Shown piece by piece: positions 1 to 8,674 of a stretch of DNA of 64,000 nt; within the stretch, counting starts at the first letter, position 1, and each line of letters starts with the position of its first letter. The notes under the pieces are model-generated. The model was not told the DNA's origin. It did no database searches and worked only from the letters and a program-made list of their open reading frames with translations. The DNA is taken from NCBI GenBank assembly GCA_963844965.1, contig CAWJQC010000007.1:224001-288000 (forward strand), written 5' to 3'. Origin of the DNA: an uncultured bacterium. Lineage in GTDB: Bacteria > Patescibacteriota > Minisyncoccia > UBA6257 > 2-01-FULL-56-20. Made by a program: the position numbers and the translations under genes.

Positions 1-1
1 C

Positions 2-844
2 GCGGACGCCGTCATGGTGTACAACGCCATGCCGGTTAAGGTCGCGAGTGGCGCCCTTGGCGTGATGGAAGTGGACAGCGACGATGCCGTGATGGGCATG
101 GAAGAAAAACCGCGGGAGCCGAAAGAAATTCCGGGGCGGCCAGGTTTTTGCGTGGCAAATTTAGCCATGTATGCCGTTAAAATGGACGTTTTCGGCGATA
201 TGCTGGACTACGTTCAAGGGCATCACGAACCGGAAAGCACGCTTTCCAATTCCGGCATTCCCTGGCTCATTAAGAATCGGAAGGTGCTTGGCTACGATCT
301 CGGCGACAATGTGGTTGTCGGCGCTTCCGAGCGGGAAAAGAATTATTTTGCCGATACGGGAACCGTTGACGCCTGGTTTGATGTGCAGATGAAAATGTGC
401 GGCCGCAATCCCGCTTTCAATTTTTACTCGCGGGACTGGCCGATATACACCGCGCCTCGCTGGCCGATGAGTTCGGCGAAAGTGGACGACGCCAGACATA
501 TTTCCGAAGTTCTTTTCGGATGGGGCGTGATCTGCGAAGACAGAGTTGTTGTGGAAAAAAGCGTGGTGAGCACAGGAGTCAACGTGAGACACGACAGCTC
601 GATAACGAATTGCGTGATTCTTGATGGCGCGGATATAGGGCCGGGTTGCGCGTTGGACAGGGTGGTGATCGAAAAGAACATTAAGATACCTGCCGGGACC
701 AAACTCTCGCCGCTTGATCCGCCGGATTCCACGATCAAGTTCGCCGACCTCTACGCGAAGATTAAGGCCGGCGAGACCTGCGAGAACACTCCAGTTTTGA
801 CTGACGGGGGAGCGCTGGTTTTCCCCAAATTCTACAAGTTTTAG
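2..844 (+). CDS. glgC: Glucose-1-phosphate adenylyltransferase-like sugar nucleotidyltransferase; 5' end cut by the window edge
   Basis: ORF open from the window start; EKP motif and C-terminal left-handed beta-helix repeats typical of the GlgC/ADP-glucose pyrophosphorylase family. Confidence 0.6.
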   Translation, partial: ADAVMVYNAMPVKVASGALGVMEVDSDDAVMGMEEKPREPKEIPGRPGFCVANLAMYAVKMDVFGDMLDYVQGHHEPESTLSNSGIPWLIKNRKVLGYDLGDNVVVGASEREKNYFADTGTVDAWFDVQMKMCGRNPAFNFYSRDWPIYTAPRWPMSSAKVDDARHISEVLFGWGVICEDRVVVEKSVVSTGVNVRHDSSITNCVILDGADIGPGCALDRVVIEKNIKIPAGTKLSPLDPPDSTIKFADLYAKIKAGETCENTPVLTDGGALVFPKFYKF

Positions 845-850
845 TTGGCG

Positions 851-888
851 GGCGCGCTTGAGCACAAGCTTGGCGCGCCTTTTTTATT
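851..888 (+). terminator. Rho-independent terminator (GGCGCGC stem, T-run)
   Basis: Perfect 7-bp GC stem with an internal extended stem, followed by TTTTTTATTT immediately after the glgC stop. Confidence 0.6.
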
Positions 889-1010
889 TGCTGACGTTGA
901 AAATTTGGTGCAAAGAGAAGCGAGAGAATATAAGAAGCCGACTTTTCTTATGGGTTGGAATATTCATAACCCAATGTTTAGGGGAACAGAAAGCGGAAGT
1001 TGTGCCGAAT

Positions 1011-2216
1011 TCAGTCAAGAATCTGGATTTTCGCGAGATGAAAAGCGATTTTCGGATGTTTCAGAAGCGCATTCTTATCATAAAAGAAGAAGGCGTGATA
1101 TAAATCTTCCGGCGGCAGGTCGCGCACCGTTTCCGTGAACTCGTCCCATTGCTTGTCTGAGAATTTAAGCCAGTATCGTTTCGCCGCGGCTGCTATAAAA
1201 CTCCACGTTGGCTCAAAAATTTCCCTCCACCGCTGCTCATAGGTTTCTTTCAAAGCCGGCAAATCCTTGTCCGCTGATAGCCACTCGTGGACGACTTGCG
1301 CGGCTAGCCGGCCAGCTTTCATGGCGTGCCGTACGCCCTCGCCGGCAGCCGGATTGATTTGATGGGCTGCGTCTCCTATGATGATGATATTCTTGTGGAC
1401 GTGATGTTTCACGCCTCCATCGGCGTTTGCTCCGCCAGCGTGGATTTCAATGGGCTCCATGCGGGCGAAATACTTCATATTGCCGATAAATTTGTCCTGG
1501 AATTGTTTCAAATCATCGCTGTTGGCGCTGATTCCCACGGTGCATGTGCCGACCTTCGCGTGTTTGCCCCCGTCCATCGGGAATATCCATGAGTAACCGC
1601 GCGTCGCGTACTCGGAACCGACATAAAAAGCGAGCGTTCGGTTGAGTTCCAGAGGGCAACTGGTCATCATGTATTCCATGGCGGTCGCGTACATTTCTTT
1701 CGCTTCCGGGTTTATATGAAGTTTGCCGTTTGAGAATTCGTGATGGCCGCTCGCGTCAATGATGACGCGAGCTAACACCTCGCCGCTTCCCAAGGCACCA
1801 TTATATCTTACGCCGCCGAAGCGGCCGTTTCGTTCAATTAATTCTTCCACATTCGTGCCGATGAGTGCCTCCGCGCCGTTGTCGCAGGCATCGCCGGTAA
1901 GAAATTTGCGCAGTTTGGCGAAATCAAACACATATCCGGCGGTTTGCGGAAATTTCCAGGACGCTTTTGTTCGCGGCGTGGCGAAAAGTATTTCGTCCCA
2001 TTCGGCGGCAACCAATTCCATCGGCAACGAAAATTCTTCAATGGTTTCTTTGGGCGTGCCGGCGGTTGAATAGTTCGGTTCGCCGATTTCCTGCGAGCGT
2101 TCAATGACGAGAACTTTCCGCCCAAGCTTCGCGAGCTCACGCGCCGCCTCGCCGCCGGCCGGTCCGGCGCCGATGACGATAACGTCAAATTGTTCTGAAT
2201 CAACTTTTTGGCTCAT
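1011..2216 (-). CDS. FAD-dependent oxidoreductase, geranylgeranyl reductase family
   Basis: N-terminal DVIVIGAGPAGG dinucleotide-binding motif; 401 aa; overall GGR-family-like layout. Confidence 0.6.
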   Translation of the reverse strand: MSQKVDSEQFDVIVIGAGPAGGEAARELAKLGRKVLVIERSQEIGEPNYSTAGTPKETIEEFSLPMELVAAEWDEILFATPRTKASWKFPQTAGYVFDFAKLRKFLTGDACDNGAEALIGTNVEELIERNGRFGGVRYNGALGSGEVLARVIIDASGHHEFSNGKLHINPEAKEMYATAMEYMMTSCPLELNRTLAFYVGSEYATRGYSWIFPMDGGKHAKVGTCTVGISANSDDLKQFQDKFIGNMKYFARMEPIEIHAGGANADGGVKHHVHKNIIIIGDAAHQINPAAGEGVRHAMKAGRLAAQVVHEWLSADKDLPALKETYEQRWREIFEPTWSFIAAAAKRYWLKFSDKQWDEFTETVRDLPPEDLYHAFFFYDKNALLKHPKIAFHLAKIQILD

Positions 2217-2317
2217 ATTTTGTCGTGGTGTTGTTTAATTATATCAAATGACGGGTGTGGGAGTTTGCCATTACAAGCAGGACCCGAGGAAAGTTTCCGC
2301 ATAGGCATTTCCATCGC

Positions 2318-2349
2318 GCGGCACGATGATTTCGTGCCGCTTTTATTTT
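2318..2349 (+). terminator. Orphan stem-loop plus T-tract (plus orientation) upstream of tRNA-Thr
   Basis: Perfect 9-bp stem GCGGCACGA/TCGTGCCGC, 5-nt loop, then TTTTATTTT. Confidence 0.4.
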
Positions 2350-2395
2350 CTTGTCTTTTATTGAAAAATTTGCTAAATTTTATACGTAAAGTTGT

Positions 2396-2468
2396 GCCAC
2401 CTTAGCTCAGCGGTAGAGCAGCACTTTCGTAAAGTGACGGTCCCGGTTCAAATCCGGGAGGTGGCTCA
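2396..2468 (+). tRNA. tRNA-Thr (anticodon CGT)
   Basis: Hand-folded cloverleaf: acceptor GCCACCT/AGGTGGC, D-arm GCTC..GAGC, anticodon loop TTCGTAA, T-arm CCCGG-TTCAAAT-CCGGG, discriminator T; CCA not encoded. Confidence 0.85.
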
Positions 2469-2598
2469 AAACCGACCGGATTTGAACGAAGGGTGGGTCG
2501 GAGGGAAAGCGGCCGGGTTCCCTCCGTGCGGGAAATTATTCAGAACCGTGGGTTCTGAAAGCGCAGCCCCGAGCTTGTCGAGGGGCGAGCAGTGAAAT

Positions 2599-2615
2599 AT
2601 CCGGGAGGTGGCTCA
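2599..2615 (+). repeat. 17-bp direct repeat of the tRNA-Thr 3' end (ATCCGGGAGGTGGCTCA; first copy 2452-2468), att-like remnant
   Basis: Exact 17-mer duplicated 147 bp downstream; a degenerate T-loop (GTGAAAT vs TTCAAAT) precedes the second copy. Confidence 0.7.
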
Positions 2616-2808
2616 GAGAAGTGGCGGGGTGAAGCGGAGCAATGCTTTTCCGCCAGAGGCGGATAAACTCCAAGCAGAGGTTGGAGGCCTGCCCCGTACA
2701 ATTGCGAAGCAATTTGTTCGGGGTTCGACTCCTCCCTGCCGGCAGGCGGGCCTGCCGGCGCAGGCGGGTCTCCGGCTCCAGAAAATAAATTTAAAATATA
2801 CGTAATTA

Positions 2809-3213
2809 ATGGGGAGAAAACGTAAAGACACTTTCAGCGGAGAACTATTTCCTGCTCCCGAGGAATCGCCTTTTGCTCCTGAAGAGATGGATAAGGCGGC
2901 GGAAGCTCTCGCGGCATCCGCCGAGGATACACCTCTCGGAGAGCCGCCGCCGGAGAACGAAGGTGATGAGTGGAGAGAAGCGCCTAAAAAAGAACCGTAT
3001 GCCTTCGGCGAGAGAATCCATAAACTGGACATGGGTCGTTTGGTGCTTTGTCCGGAATGCGGCGCTAAATTCAAAGGCAAGAGGCCGAGTATCGGGTTTG
3101 GCGAGATGAAATTCACGTGCTCGGCAGATAGCAACCACCGTTGGATTTTTGTTGCGGACAAAGATCCTGCCTCCGAGGGTGGCGTTGTCAAGAACCTGAA
3201 CGAGCAGAATTAA
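2809..3213 (+). CDS. Hypothetical acidic protein with a C-terminal CxxC..C..H zinc-ribbon-like motif
   Basis: 134-aa ORF, GGGGAG RBS 6 nt upstream; CPECG...C...H motif. Confidence 0.5.
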   Translation: MGRKRKDTFSGELFPAPEESPFAPEEMDKAAEALAASAEDTPLGEPPPENEGDEWREAPKKEPYAFGERIHKLDMGRLVLCPECGAKFKGKRPSIGFGEMKFTCSADSNHRWIFVADKDPASEGGVVKNLNEQN

Positions 3214-3252
3214 TCTTCTAATCGGCTTAAGTTTTTTAAGGCAACCAGCTTC

Positions 3253-4429
3253 ATGGACTACAAACAAGAACTTCAGGAGCTTGAGGCTGAAGCCCGGCGG
3301 TTAGCCGGGCGGCTTTGACGTAGCGGGCAAGGAGCGAGAGATAGAAAAGTTGGAAGCCGAAATGTCCAGCGCAGGTTTTTGGTCGGACCGTGCGGCGGCA
3401 GACGAGAAAATAAAAACTCTTGGCGAGTTGCGTGATTTGGTTGATAAGTTTCATGTGATCGAGACCGGAATCAAAGAATTAAACGAGAAGGATATTACTC
3501 CTGCGCCTCCGAATGCCTTATCTCACGGAGTTATACCTACTCCTATTTCAAAATCTAAAGAATTAAAGGATGAGGATTTTACTTTGGTGTCTCCGGATTC
3601 CCTATCACACGGAGTTATACCCACTCCAATTTCTAAAACTTCCAAATTTTTCGAAATAAAAAAGAAACTCAGAGACCTTGAACTGACCACACTTTTTACT
3701 GGCAGGTATGACAAGCAGGCGGCCGTGCTTTCGGTGTATCCGGGCGCGGGCGGCGATGATGCCGAAGATTGGGCGCGGATGCTCGCTGAAATGTATGAAA
3801 ATTACGCCAAACGCCGCGGCTGGCAGCATAAAATGATTGACGACAATCCGCGCTCGCGAACATTTGAAGTTCGCGGCGCCTACGCTTATGGTTATCTGAA
3901 GAAAGAAGCCGGCGTTCACCGGCTCGTCAGAATTTCGCCGTTCTCGGCGAAGAAACTGCGGCACACGTCGTTCGCTTTGGTTGAGGTCGTGCCGGATCTG
4001 CCACCGGTTGAAGAGGCCAAGCTGCAAATTCCGGAAAAAGATCTGAAGCTGGAGTTTTCGCGAGCGGGCGGGCCGGGCGGCCAGAATGTGAACAAAGTGG
4101 AAACGGCGGTGCGGATAGTACACTTACCGACGGGGCTCGCCGTGAGTTCCCGCGCCGAGCGGGCGCAGGCGCAGAACCGCGAGCGGGCAATGAAACTCCT
4201 GAAGGCCAAGATATTCCAGCTGATGGAAAAGAATCAGGTGAAGGAATTGAGTGAGCTTCGGGTAAAGGTGAAACCGGAGTGGGGTAATCAGATCCGTTCT
4301 TACGTTTTGAATCCTTACCAGTTGGTGAAAGATCACAGAACCGAGGCGGAAACCGTGAGAGTTCACGAGGTTCTTGCCGGTGATTTGGACTCATTCATTG
4401 AAGCAGAGGCGGAATCCGGGCTAACTTAA
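3253..4429 (+). CDS. prfB: Peptide chain release factor 2 with a programmed +1 ribosomal frameshift (join 3253..3315, 3317..4429)
   Basis: The zero-frame [24 protein letters not shown] ends at the canonical CTT TGA C shifty stop (3313-3319) with an upstream SD-like GGGCGG. The +1 frame then continues with the SPF and GGQ motifs. Confidence 0.9.
3522..3640 (+). repeat. Imperfect tandem repeat inside the prfB N-terminal domain (two copies of [12 protein letters not shown])
   Basis: TCACGGAGTTATACC(T/C)ACTCC(T/A)ATTTC repeated about 75 bp apart; lower-GC insertion of roughly 25-30 codons relative to typical RF2 length. Confidence 0.6.
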
Positions 4430-4496
4430 CGGCCGTCTTGTCCACATAAATAATCCGTTATATAATTAAACCGTCCGGCGAGAAACTTTCGCTCAG

Positions 4497-5210
4497 ATGG
4501 AATTTCAAACAGGAAAAAATCAACCAATGGTAGTATTTCAATCCGTATCAAAGATTTACAACAGCCACGCAACCGCGCTGGAAGACGTGGATTTTCAGAT
4601 CAGTCCGGGCGAATTCGTGTCTCTGACCGGCCGTTCCGGAGCGGGGAAATCAACGGTCATTAAGCTTCTTGTCGGCGAGGAGAAGCCGTCAAAGGGCAGA
4701 ATTTTTTTCAGCCAATACGAGGTGAATAAGATAAAGGACAGCGACCTTCCGGCCTTCCGGCGGCATATCGGCGTTATTTTCCAGGATTTCCGCCTCCTGC
4801 CGACCAAGAACGCTTACGAGAACGTGGCGTTCGCGCTGGAAGTCGCCGGCCGGCCGCAGAGGGAAATTAAGGAACTTGTGCCGCAAGTGCTGGACATGGT
4901 CGGTTTGAGCGACAAGGCCGGAAATTTCCCGCACGAACTTTCGGGAGGAGAAAAACAAAGAGTGGCCATCGCGCGCGCGATGATCCACCGGCCGGAAATC
5001 ATCATCGCCGACGAGCCGACGGGAAATCTGGATCCCTTGAACACGTACGATATCATCAAGCTTCTTGAAAAGATTAACCAGCTTGGCACGACACTGCTCT
5101 TGGCCACTCACGACAGGGAAATAATCAACACGCTCGAGAGAAGAGTGATTACCTTGGATCGCGGGCGCGTGATAAGGGACGAGGCGAAAGGGAAGTACAT
5201 TCTCGTTTAA
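4497..5210 (+). CDS. ftsE: Cell division ABC ATPase FtsE
   Basis: Walker A GRSGAGKST, ABC signature LSGGEKQR, Walker B IIIADEP; followed downstream by ftsX. Confidence 0.9.
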   Translation: MEFQTGKNQPMVVFQSVSKIYNSHATALEDVDFQISPGEFVSLTGRSGAGKSTVIKLLVGEEKPSKGRIFFSQYEVNKIKDSDLPAFRRHIGVIFQDFRLLPTKNAYENVAFALEVAGRPQREIKELVPQVLDMVGLSDKAGNFPHELSGGEKQRVAIARAMIHRPEIIIADEPTGNLDPLNTYDIIKLLEKINQLGTTLLLATHDREIINTLERRVITLDRGRVIRDEAKGKYILV

Positions 5211-5301
5211 TTGTTAACCGCGGTCAACAATTAAACGAGAAATTTTTAATTTCCAATTTCTAATTTTCAAACCGGGGATAGATGAAGTTCTTAGCTTCCA
5301 A

Positions 5302-5703
5302 ATGTTTAAAAATTGCAAAATTGTAAAATTGAAAATTGCGTCGGAAAGGGGTTTCGCGCCGATTCTCATAATTCTCATCGCCGCTGCCGTCATTTTTGGC
5401 GGAGTTTTGTATTACGCGAAGGTTTTGAAAAAGCCGGCGCAGGTGGCTTGCACGCAGGAAGCAAAGCAGTGTCCTGACGGAAGTTACGTAGGCCGCGTTG
5501 GCCCTAACTGCGATTTTGCGCCTTGTCCGGTGTCGTCCTCTACGCAATCGGCGGCAACGAGTTCGGTTGATACTTCAACCTGGCAAACCTATCGCAACGA
5601 GAAGTATGGGTTTGAGATGAAATATCCTGTAGATTGGGAATTTCAAGAGTTACCATCCAACCCCGACGATTTTATGTTTAAGTCTAAGATTCGAGAAGAG
5701 TGA
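5302..5703 (+). CDS. Hypothetical membrane-anchored protein (N-terminal TM, Cys-rich linker, TSTWQTYRNEKYGF motif)
   Basis: 133-aa ORF; the motif is repeated at the start of the next ORF. Confidence 0.45.
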   Translation: MFKNCKIVKLKIASERGFAPILIILIAAAVIFGGVLYYAKVLKKPAQVACTQEAKQCPDGSYVGRVGPNCDFAPCPVSSSTQSAATSSVDTSTWQTYRNEKYGFEMKYPVDWEFQELPSNPDDFMFKSKIREE

Positions 5704-6023
5704 GGTTAGTATAACTCCGACTCGTGCTTGTGAATATGGGTCGCCGTTTGGACAACCAATAATAACAACCACCACCATTGGCGGCGCAAATACAAAAAGA
5801 GCGGACTGGCCCGACCTTTCTGAGTTGCACGTACTAGATCCGAAGCCGAATTGGTCCTTGGACAATTGTGTTGTGATTTTGCCTGGAGAATCTTGGAAAC
5901 GAAATAACTCAAATCCTCTCCACGTTCAAATTTATATCTCCGACAGCCCAGCCGCAGTCAAATCTAACAATTAACACTTCAACCTGGAAGATTTATAAAA
6001 ACGTCAAATACGGTTTCAGGTTT

Positions 6024-6437
6024 ATGTATCCGCCGGACCACACGCCGTATGTTTCGGTGGACACGGCAAACAGCAAACTTGTTCCTGCGACGACTTCAAG
6101 CGAGTCGGTGAGTATCGCCGAAGACGAAACCAATGCGATTGCGGGCGGGGGAGTCGTTCTCAAAATGCAACCTGTTCTGGTTGACGAGCGTATAAGCACC
6201 TGGCTTGACGACAATCTAAAAACTTATGTTACGGACCCGGCGGCGGTTTCACAGAAGAACATGACTGTTGCCGGGAAAACCGCGGTTGAAATTACAGTCC
6301 CCCAATCCACTGCCGGCGCGAAAGTTTACAGGCTCTGCGTGATCCAGCCCGGCAATTATTTCATCGTTATCACAGAAACCGCGCCGAGCGCGCTCTTTGA
6401 TGCTATATTTTCCACCATTTCGTTCAGCCCGTATTGA
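6024..6437 (+). CDS. Hypothetical protein whose conserved domain start (TSTWKIYKNVKYGF) lies upstream of the first ATG; the frame is open from 5877 with no ATG
   Basis: In-frame extension back to 5877 encodes a motif homologous to the preceding ORF; possible non-ATG start or 5'-damaged gene. Confidence 0.4.
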   Translation: MYPPDHTPYVSVDTANSKLVPATTSSESVSIAEDETNAIAGGGVVLKMQPVLVDERISTWLDDNLKTYVTDPAAVSQKNMTVAGKTAVEITVPQSTAGAKVYRLCVIQPGNYFIVITETAPSALFDAIFSTISFSPY

Positions 6438-6480
6438 TTGAGGTGTTGCGCGTTGCCATTATTATTGTTATAGTCATATT

Positions 6481-7389
6481 ATGTTTACCGTTATCTCCCG
6501 CATAATTCATTTCGGCTTAAAGAATTTCTGGCGGAACGGCTGGCTTTCAACGGCCACCGTGGCCATTATGGTACTGGCTTCGCTTATGCTCGTGGGGCTC
6601 GTGCTCTTCGGCGTGATTTCCAGCAGTGCGGCGGCTTCCATCCAGGACAAGATTGACATAAGCGTTTATTTCAAAACCACCACCTCCGAGGACCAGATTT
6701 TAAATATCAAACAATCGCTTGAGCAACTCTCTCAGGTGAAAAACGTTGATTATGTTTCCCAGGACCAAGCCCTCGCGATTTTCAAGGAAGCTCACAAGGA
6801 CGATCCCACCATAAGCCAGGGGATAAACGAGTTGGATACGAATCCGCTTGAAGCGTCGCTCAATATCAAAGCTAACAAGCCGGACCAGTACGGGACCATA
6901 GCCGACTACCTGAACTCGGCGAATCTGAGTTCATATATAGACAAGGTGAGTTATTCGGACACCAAGACCATGATTGACAGGTTGACCGCTATTATTAACA
7001 ACGTCACGCGCGGCGGCTTCATACTGACCGTTGTCCTCGCGCTCGTCGCCGGATTGGTGGTTTTCAACACCATACGGCTTGCCATATATTCCAATCGCGA
7101 AGAGATCGGTATTATGCGCGTCGTCGGCGCCTCCAACAGTTTGGTCCGCGGACCGCTTGTCGTTGAAGGAATAATTTCCGGCGTGCTCGCGGCAATCTTG
7201 AGCGTAGCGATCGCGGCGCCCATCGTCTATTTTCTGTCGCCGTATATCAAGATTTTCATAGCCGGTTTGGATATTTTCCAGTATTTCTACGCGAACATCG
7301 GCCGACTGTTTCTGTACCAGCTTTTGTTCGGAGTGGGTATCGCCAGTTTGTCCAGTTTGGTTGCCGTGAGAAGGTATCTGAAGAACTAG
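6481..7389 (+). CDS. ftsX: Cell division permease-like protein FtsX
   Basis: 302 aa; N-terminal TM, periplasmic domain and C-terminal 3-TM FtsX-like permease domain; downstream of ftsE. Confidence 0.85.
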   Translation: MFTVISRIIHFGLKNFWRNGWLSTATVAIMVLASLMLVGLVLFGVISSSAAASIQDKIDISVYFKTTTSEDQILNIKQSLEQLSQVKNVDYVSQDQALAIFKEAHKDDPTISQGINELDTNPLEASLNIKANKPDQYGTIADYLNSANLSSYIDKVSYSDTKTMIDRLTAIINNVTRGGFILTVVLALVAGLVVFNTIRLAIYSNREEIGIMRVVGASNSLVRGPLVVEGIISGVLAAILSVAIAAPIVYFLSPYIKIFIAGLDIFQYFYANIGRLFLYQLLFGVGIASLSSLVAVRRYLKN

Positions 7390-7441
7390 CGCGCTTCGCG
7401 TTTGCAGTCCGATTGATAAACTGATAAACCGAGCCAATCAG

Positions 7442-7717
7442 CTAAAACAACCTTGGTGCGGCATTTTCGCCGTTCGCCTTGGTTCTGCGGCGCTTGTCCC
7501 TGGTGACGTTCGCGGACGCCTCTTCGCGCGGCCGAGCGATCTTAATCTTCCGCTCTATCATTTTCTGCAGGTCTGCCACCCGGACTTTCCACTCCTTGCC
7601 GATTTTGAATCCGGGAAGCTTGCCCTTCTTGCACCACTCCCTCGCCGTTTCTTTGGTCACGCCGAAAAACTTGGCAAGCTTCTCCGCTCCGTAGATTTTT
7701 TCTCCACCTTGCGCCAT
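7442..7717 (-). CDS. Small helix-turn-helix DNA-binding protein, excisionase/AlpA-like family
   Basis: 91 aa; the motif LAKFFGVTKETAREWCKKGKLPGFKIGKEWKV resembles the Xis/MerR-type HTH_17. Confidence 0.45.
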   Translation of the reverse strand: MAQGGEKIYGAEKLAKFFGVTKETAREWCKKGKLPGFKIGKEWKVRVADLQKMIERKIKIARPREEASANVTRDKRRRTKANGENAAPRLF

Positions 7718-7859
7718 TTATGCTTGATATAAAGATTATACCACGTTTTGCCGCGAGTGGGTTCTCATTCGCTGTTTTGGTTTGCCATACCGGGACTTGA
7801 CATAAATGCCGACTTCAAAGTTGCGGCAAATTAAATAGGATAGATAATTATAGATAATC

Positions 7860-8480
7860 ATGAATTTCGGAGTAGCCATCGTGGCGATTACTGCGCTGGG
7901 GTGCGTCAGCAACTGGCTCAACTGGCGTTATTTGAATTATAAAATTACGCGGTTGCTGTATTACCTCGGCGCTTTTATTCACGAAACATCTCACGCCGTA
8001 TTTTGCGTTCTGACCGGAGCGAAGATTGTTGAATACAAAGTTCTTTCGTTGCAGCCCCGTGTCGTTCATACCAGATCCAAGCTGCCGTTCTTAGGCGAAC
8101 CACTGATTTCTTTGGCGCCAATCATGGGCGGATTGTTCTTTCTATACGCGGTCAATCGGTATTTTTTGGCCGGTTATTTCAGTGTCCCGCAATTTTCCGG
8201 CTGGCAGGATATTGTTGCTGGAATAATCCGGCTTTTCGCGCAGATTAACCTTTTGCAGTGGCAGAGCTGGGTCATGATTTTGCTTTTCTTCAACCTCGGG
8301 GCAATGATCGGATCTTCTCCGCGTGATCTGAGGAATATATGGCCGTTCATAATTCTTTCCTTTTTCGCGAGATTGGCAACGGCGAATTTCGCCCTGCTTG
8401 TCATCGCTCTCATCCTGACAAATATCGCGATTCAGACGGTTCTAATAATTTTCTTGGAAATTCTCGGATCTTTGCGGTAA
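7860..8480 (+). CDS. Polytopic membrane protein with an HExxH motif (putative membrane metallopeptidase, DUF3267-like)
   Basis: 206 aa, several TM helices, HETSH motif in the first TM region. Confidence 0.5.
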   Translation: MNFGVAIVAITALGCVSNWLNWRYLNYKITRLLYYLGAFIHETSHAVFCVLTGAKIVEYKVLSLQPRVVHTRSKLPFLGEPLISLAPIMGGLFFLYAVNRYFLAGYFSVPQFSGWQDIVAGIIRLFAQINLLQWQSWVMILLFFNLGAMIGSSPRDLRNIWPFIILSFFARLATANFALLVIALILTNIAIQTVLIIFLEILGSLR

Positions 8481-8674
8481 ATTATGCGGCCATTTTTTGG
8501 TTCCGGTTCAGGTCCAGACGCTCGGCGTCGTGGCAAGCTGCCGCATGACGCGTGGCTTGACGCATTATTTTGTACACTATACACTTTTATTTCTGAATTT
8601 TGGTTATTTTGGTTCGAATCCAGGACGGGTCGGCAAATCTGCAAAACTTGGGATAAAGTTTTATAATTATTCTC

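Noticed and set aside
845-1138. Two overlapping small plus-strand ORFs (845..1138, 858..1103)
   Set aside because: They lie across the convergent terminator between glgC and the flavoprotein gene and overlap the latter's 3' end; no RBS. Judged spurious.
2700-2760. tmRNA 3' domain (T-arm-like GGTTCGACTCC followed by GC hairpins)
   Set aside because: No matching 5' acceptor strand, no tag-peptide reading frame ending in a stop, and the downstream hairpin is self-contained. Kept only as part of the generic structured-region finding.
3605-4394. Three minus-strand ORFs (up to 172 aa) inside prfB
   Set aside because: Antisense to a highly conserved gene; composition typical of the wrong frame.
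2469-7860. Integrated element spanning tRNA-Thr to the excisionase-like gene (7442-7717)
   Set aside because: Intervening genes are housekeeping (prfB, ftsEX). No integrase and no second att copy near 7700-7900. The only att-like duplicate is 147 bp from the tRNA.
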